Below are positions 61,142-64,000 of a DNA stretch of 64,000 nucleotides, one piece after another. The notes under the pieces are model-generated. The model had not been told where the DNA came from. It saw nothing but the letters and a program-made list of their open reading frames with translations, and did not search any database. The stretch is taken from the NCBI GenBank assembly GCA_902585265.1, contig CACICY010000004.1, positions 198 to 64,197 of the forward strand, written 5' to 3'. A program made the position numbers and the translations under genes. Position 1 is the first letter of the stretch; every line of letters starts with the position of its first letter. Source of the DNA: an uncultured Pelagibacteraceae bacterium (GTDB lineage: Bacteria; Pseudomonadota; Alphaproteobacteria; Pelagibacterales; Pelagibacteraceae).

Positions 61142-62695
61142 ATGTTAAATAGAAGAGCAGATAAATTAGAGCTGTTGAGAATTGCCGAAGCTGTAGCTTT
61201 AGAAAAATCAATCGACAAAGAATTAATTATAGAGTCGATGGAGACTGGTATAGCAAAAGCAGCTAAATCTAAATTTGGGGCAGACAACGAAATCAAAGTA
61301 GAAATCAATAGAGATAATGGTGATATAGGAATTTTTAGAAAATTATTAATAGTTGATAAGCCTGAAAACTCAAATGTTGAAATAACTCTTGATAATGCAA
61401 TAAAATTAAATCAGTCTAATAAAGATAAACAAGTTGGAGATGAGGTTCTTCAACCACTTCCATCATTTGATTTTGGTAGAATAGCAGCACAAACTGCAAA
61501 ACAAGTAATTAGTTTTAATGTAAGAGAAGCTGAAAGAGAAAGGCAGTATAATGATTTTGTGGATAAAAAAGACACTATTTTAAGTGGTATAGTAAAAAGA
61601 CTTGAGTTCGGGAATGTAATAGTTGATTTAGGAAGAACAGAAGCAATTATTCAAAAAAATGAGATGATACCAAGAGAAAATATTAAAGCTGGTGATAGGG
61701 TTAAAGCTTATTGTCTGGATGTTAGAAGAGAACCAAGAGGTCAACAAATTTTCTTATCAAGAGCTCATGCTAAATTTATGGATAAACTATTTATTCAGGA
61801 AGTTCCTGAAATATATGATGGTTTAATTGAAATTAAATCATCGGCTAGAGATCCTGGTAGTAGGGCAAAAATTTGTGTAAAGGCAATAGATACATCATTA
61901 GATCCTGTAGGAGCATGCGTTGGTATGAGAGGTAGTAGAGTTCAAGCTGTAGTAAATGAACTCCAAGGAGAAAAAATTGATATTGTTAATTGGTCTGAAG
62001 ACCCTGCAGTAGTTGTCTCAAATGCTCTGTCTCCAGCTGAAGTTCAAAGAGTAAATGTAGATAACGAATCAAAAAAATTAGATGTAATTTTAACAGAGGA
62101 AAATTTAAGTAAAGCTATTGGAAGAAGAGGTCAGAATGTAAGACTGGCAACAAAATTATTAAACTACGAGATTAATATAATGACAGAGCAAGAAGACTCT
62201 GAAAGAAGACAATTAGAATTTAAAGAAAAAACTGATAATATTGTCAAAAATCTTGAACTAGATGAGACTCTAGGCCAACTTTTAGTGGCAGAAGGATTTT
62301 CAACAATTGATGATATAAAAGATAGTTCAGTTGATGCTATAATAAAAATCGAAGGTATAGAGGAGGATACAGCAAAAGAACTTATTGAAAGAGCAAAAGA
62401 ATTTTACGAAAAAGATCAAGCTGAAATATCAAATAGAATAAAAGATCTTGGTTTAGAGAATGATTTAATAAATCATGAAGGACTTACTCCAGGAATGCTG
62501 GTAACTCTTGGTGAACAAAAAATTTTAAGACTTACAGATTTAGCAGATCTAGCTTCAGATGAGCTAACAGGCACATATGATGTTGTTAAGGGTGAAAGAG
62601 TTAAAATTAAGGGATATTTAGAAGATTTCGCTTTATCAAAATTAGAGGCAGATAATTTAATAATGTCTGCAAGAGATAAAGTTTATAAAGATTGA
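61142..62695 (+). CDS. nusA: Transcription termination/antitermination factor NusA
   Basis: FGRIAAQTAKQV, ARDPGSRAK, GACVGMRGSRV, AIGRRGQNVRLA. Confidence 0.99.
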   Translation: MLNRRADKLELLRIAEAVALEKSIDKELIIESMETGIAKAAKSKFGADNEIKVEINRDNGDIGIFRKLLIVDKPENSNVEITLDNAIKLNQSNKDKQVGDEVLQPLPSFDFGRIAAQTAKQVISFNVREAERERQYNDFVDKKDTILSGIVKRLEFGNVIVDLGRTEAIIQKNEMIPRENIKAGDRVKAYCLDVRREPRGQQIFLSRAHAKFMDKLFIQEVPEIYDGLIEIKSSARDPGSRAKICVKAIDTSLDPVGACVGMRGSRVQAVVNELQGEKIDIVNWSEDPAVVVSNALSPAEVQRVNVDNESKKLDVILTEENLSKAIGRRGQNVRLATKLLNYEINIMTEQEDSERRQLEFKEKTDNIVKNLELDETLGQLLVAEGFSTIDDIKDSSVDAIIKIEGIEEDTAKELIERAKEFYEKDQAEISNRIKDLGLENDLINHEGLTPGMLVTLGEQKILRLTDLADLASDELTGTYDVVKGERVKIKGYLEDFALSKLEADNLIMSARDKVYKD

Positions 62696-62705
62696 GAGAT
62701 GAAAT

Positions 62706-64000
62706 ATGGAAAAAAAAAAATTAAAGTTATCAATTTCAGGAAGTTCAAAAAAAACTTTAAATAGTATAGAACAAGCTAAATCACAATCTAAAAATACTGT
62801 TGTTATAGAGAAAAAAAATTCGAAGTTTTCTGGAAAGTCTCAATTTTCAAGACAAAATGCTACCAATTTAAAACCAACCAATAATAATTACTCCAAACCA
62901 AACAATTTTGTTAGACCTTCTGCTCCAGCCTCAGATTTTGAAAAAAGAAAATTGGCAGAACAAAGGGCTACAAGGAGATTAAAGGGTGAGCCAATACAAA
63001 AAGATAGTAGGTTAAATAAGTCTACTGGTAAAAGAAGAGAATTAAAATTAACTATCTCCAGGGCTTTAAGTGATGATCATGCAGAGACCAAATCTAGAAG
63101 TTTAGCTTCACTTAAAAGAGCAAAACAAAAAGAAAATAGAAGTTTAAATCAACAAGAAAATAAAGATAACTTCGCTCAAGTTAAAAGAGATATCAATCTT
63201 CCAGAAGTAATAACAATCAAAGAGCTGGCAAATAGAATGGCTGAACAATCAAGTAGCATTATTAAACATTTACTTGGTATGGGAGTTACAGTTACAATAA
63301 ATAATACTATAGATGCTGATACAGCAGAATACTTAGTAAATGAATTTGGTCACAATCCTATACGTGAAACAAAAGCTGAAGATATAATTGAAAAAATAAA
63401 AGAGGTTAAATCAGAAAATTTAAAAAATAGAGCTCCAATAGTTACAGTAATGGGGCATGTTGATCATGGTAAAACCTCTGTTTTAGATGTTTTAAGAAAA
63501 GCTAATGTAGTTTCGGGAGAATTTGGAGGCATAACTCAACATATTGGAGCTTATCAGATTAATCACCAAAATAACAAAATCACATTTATTGATACTCCAG
63601 GACATGCAGCATTTACAGAAATGAGAGCTAGAGGCTCTAAACTAACAGATATTGTGATTTTAGTTGTAGCAGCAGATGATGGCGTTAAACCACAAACTAT
63701 AGAGTCAATTAAACATGCTAAAGCAGCAAATGTACCAATAGTTGTTGCTATAAATAAATGTGATCTACCCGAGGCAGACCCAAAGAAAATAAAAAATCAA
63801 CTTTTAGAGTATGAGTTAATTGCTGAAGATTTATCAGGTGATACTTTAATGGTAGAAATTTCAACAAAAACTAAAAATAATTTAGATAAGTTAGTTGAGT
63901 CTGTTTTGTTACAAGCAGAATTATTAGATTTAAAAACTGATTTTGAAACAAATGCTAAGGGTATAGTTTTAGAATCAAAAATAGATATTGGGCGAGGACC
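62706..64000 (+). CDS. infB: Translation initiation factor IF-2, N-terminal part (runs off window)
   Basis: Manual reading from ATG 62706 (MEKKKLKLSISG...); VTVMGHVDHGKTS, GGITQHIGAY, FIDTPGHAAFTEMRARG, NKCD; not in ORF track. Confidence 0.97.
   Translation, partial: MEKKKLKLSISGSSKKTLNSIEQAKSQSKNTVVIEKKNSKFSGKSQFSRQNATNLKPTNNNYSKPNNFVRPSAPASDFEKRKLAEQRATRRLKGEPIQKDSRLNKSTGKRRELKLTISRALSDDHAETKSRSLASLKRAKQKENRSLNQQENKDNFAQVKRDINLPEVITIKELANRMAEQSSSIIKHLLGMGVTVTINNTIDADTAEYLVNEFGHNPIRETKAEDIIEKIKEVKSENLKNRAPIVTVMGHVDHGKTSVLDVLRKANVVSGEFGGITQHIGAYQINHQNNKITFIDTPGHAAFTEMRARGSKLTDIVILVVAADDGVKPQTIESIKHAKAANVPIVVAINKCDLPEADPKKIKNQLLEYELIAEDLSGDTLMVEISTKTKNNLDKLVESVLLQAELLDLKTDFETNAKGIVLESKIDIGRG

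Noticed and set aside
1-64000. tRNA, rRNA, riboswitch, CRISPR array, IS element, integrase, prophage or recognisable anti-phage defence operon
   Set aside because: Intergenic gaps are almost all under 120 bp; I saw no cloverleaf, repeat-spacer array or mobility/defence protein motifs. A covariance-model scan was not possible.

Overview
AT-rich, extremely compact alphaproteobacterial chromosome segment. Gene content, gene order and near-zero intergenic spacing point to Pelagibacterales (SAR11); this is an inference, no search was run. The window spans the probable replication origin (non-coding gap 12314-12597 between the PEP-synthase/PPDK regulatory protein gene and hemE) and two parS sites inside mnmG and rsmG, upstream of parAB. 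Most of it is core genome: his genes, hslVU, secB, dnaQ, coaE, aroE, hem genes, rho, mnmEG, leuS, dnaKJ/grpE, maeB, murJ, trpS, fur, miaB, phoH, ybeY, lnt, metK, nusA and partial infB. I found no tRNA, rRNA, CRISPR array, transposase, integrase or prophage. Accessory or unusual items are interleaved singly or in pairs among core genes: (1) malyl-CoA lyase plus a malate-CoA ligase beta-like gene appended to the his operon; (2) a secreted polysaccharide-lyase-like gene inside the his operon; (3) a SPINDLY/OGT-like GT41 transferase convergent with a sulfotransferase; (4) a TPR-methyltransferase followed by a 36-aa ArfA-like ORF missed by the ORF track; (5) a CRTAC1-like secreted protein plus a 10-Cys secreted protein; (6) an uncalled 33-aa membrane peptide abutting dnaJ; (7) a 2OG-Fe(II) oxygenase after fur. 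Non-coding signals include RpoH-like promoters, a terminator-type leader before nusA, palindromes before the porin and two head-to-head gene overlaps. No single large novel system is demonstrable from sequence alone; the candidates are listed as hypotheses.
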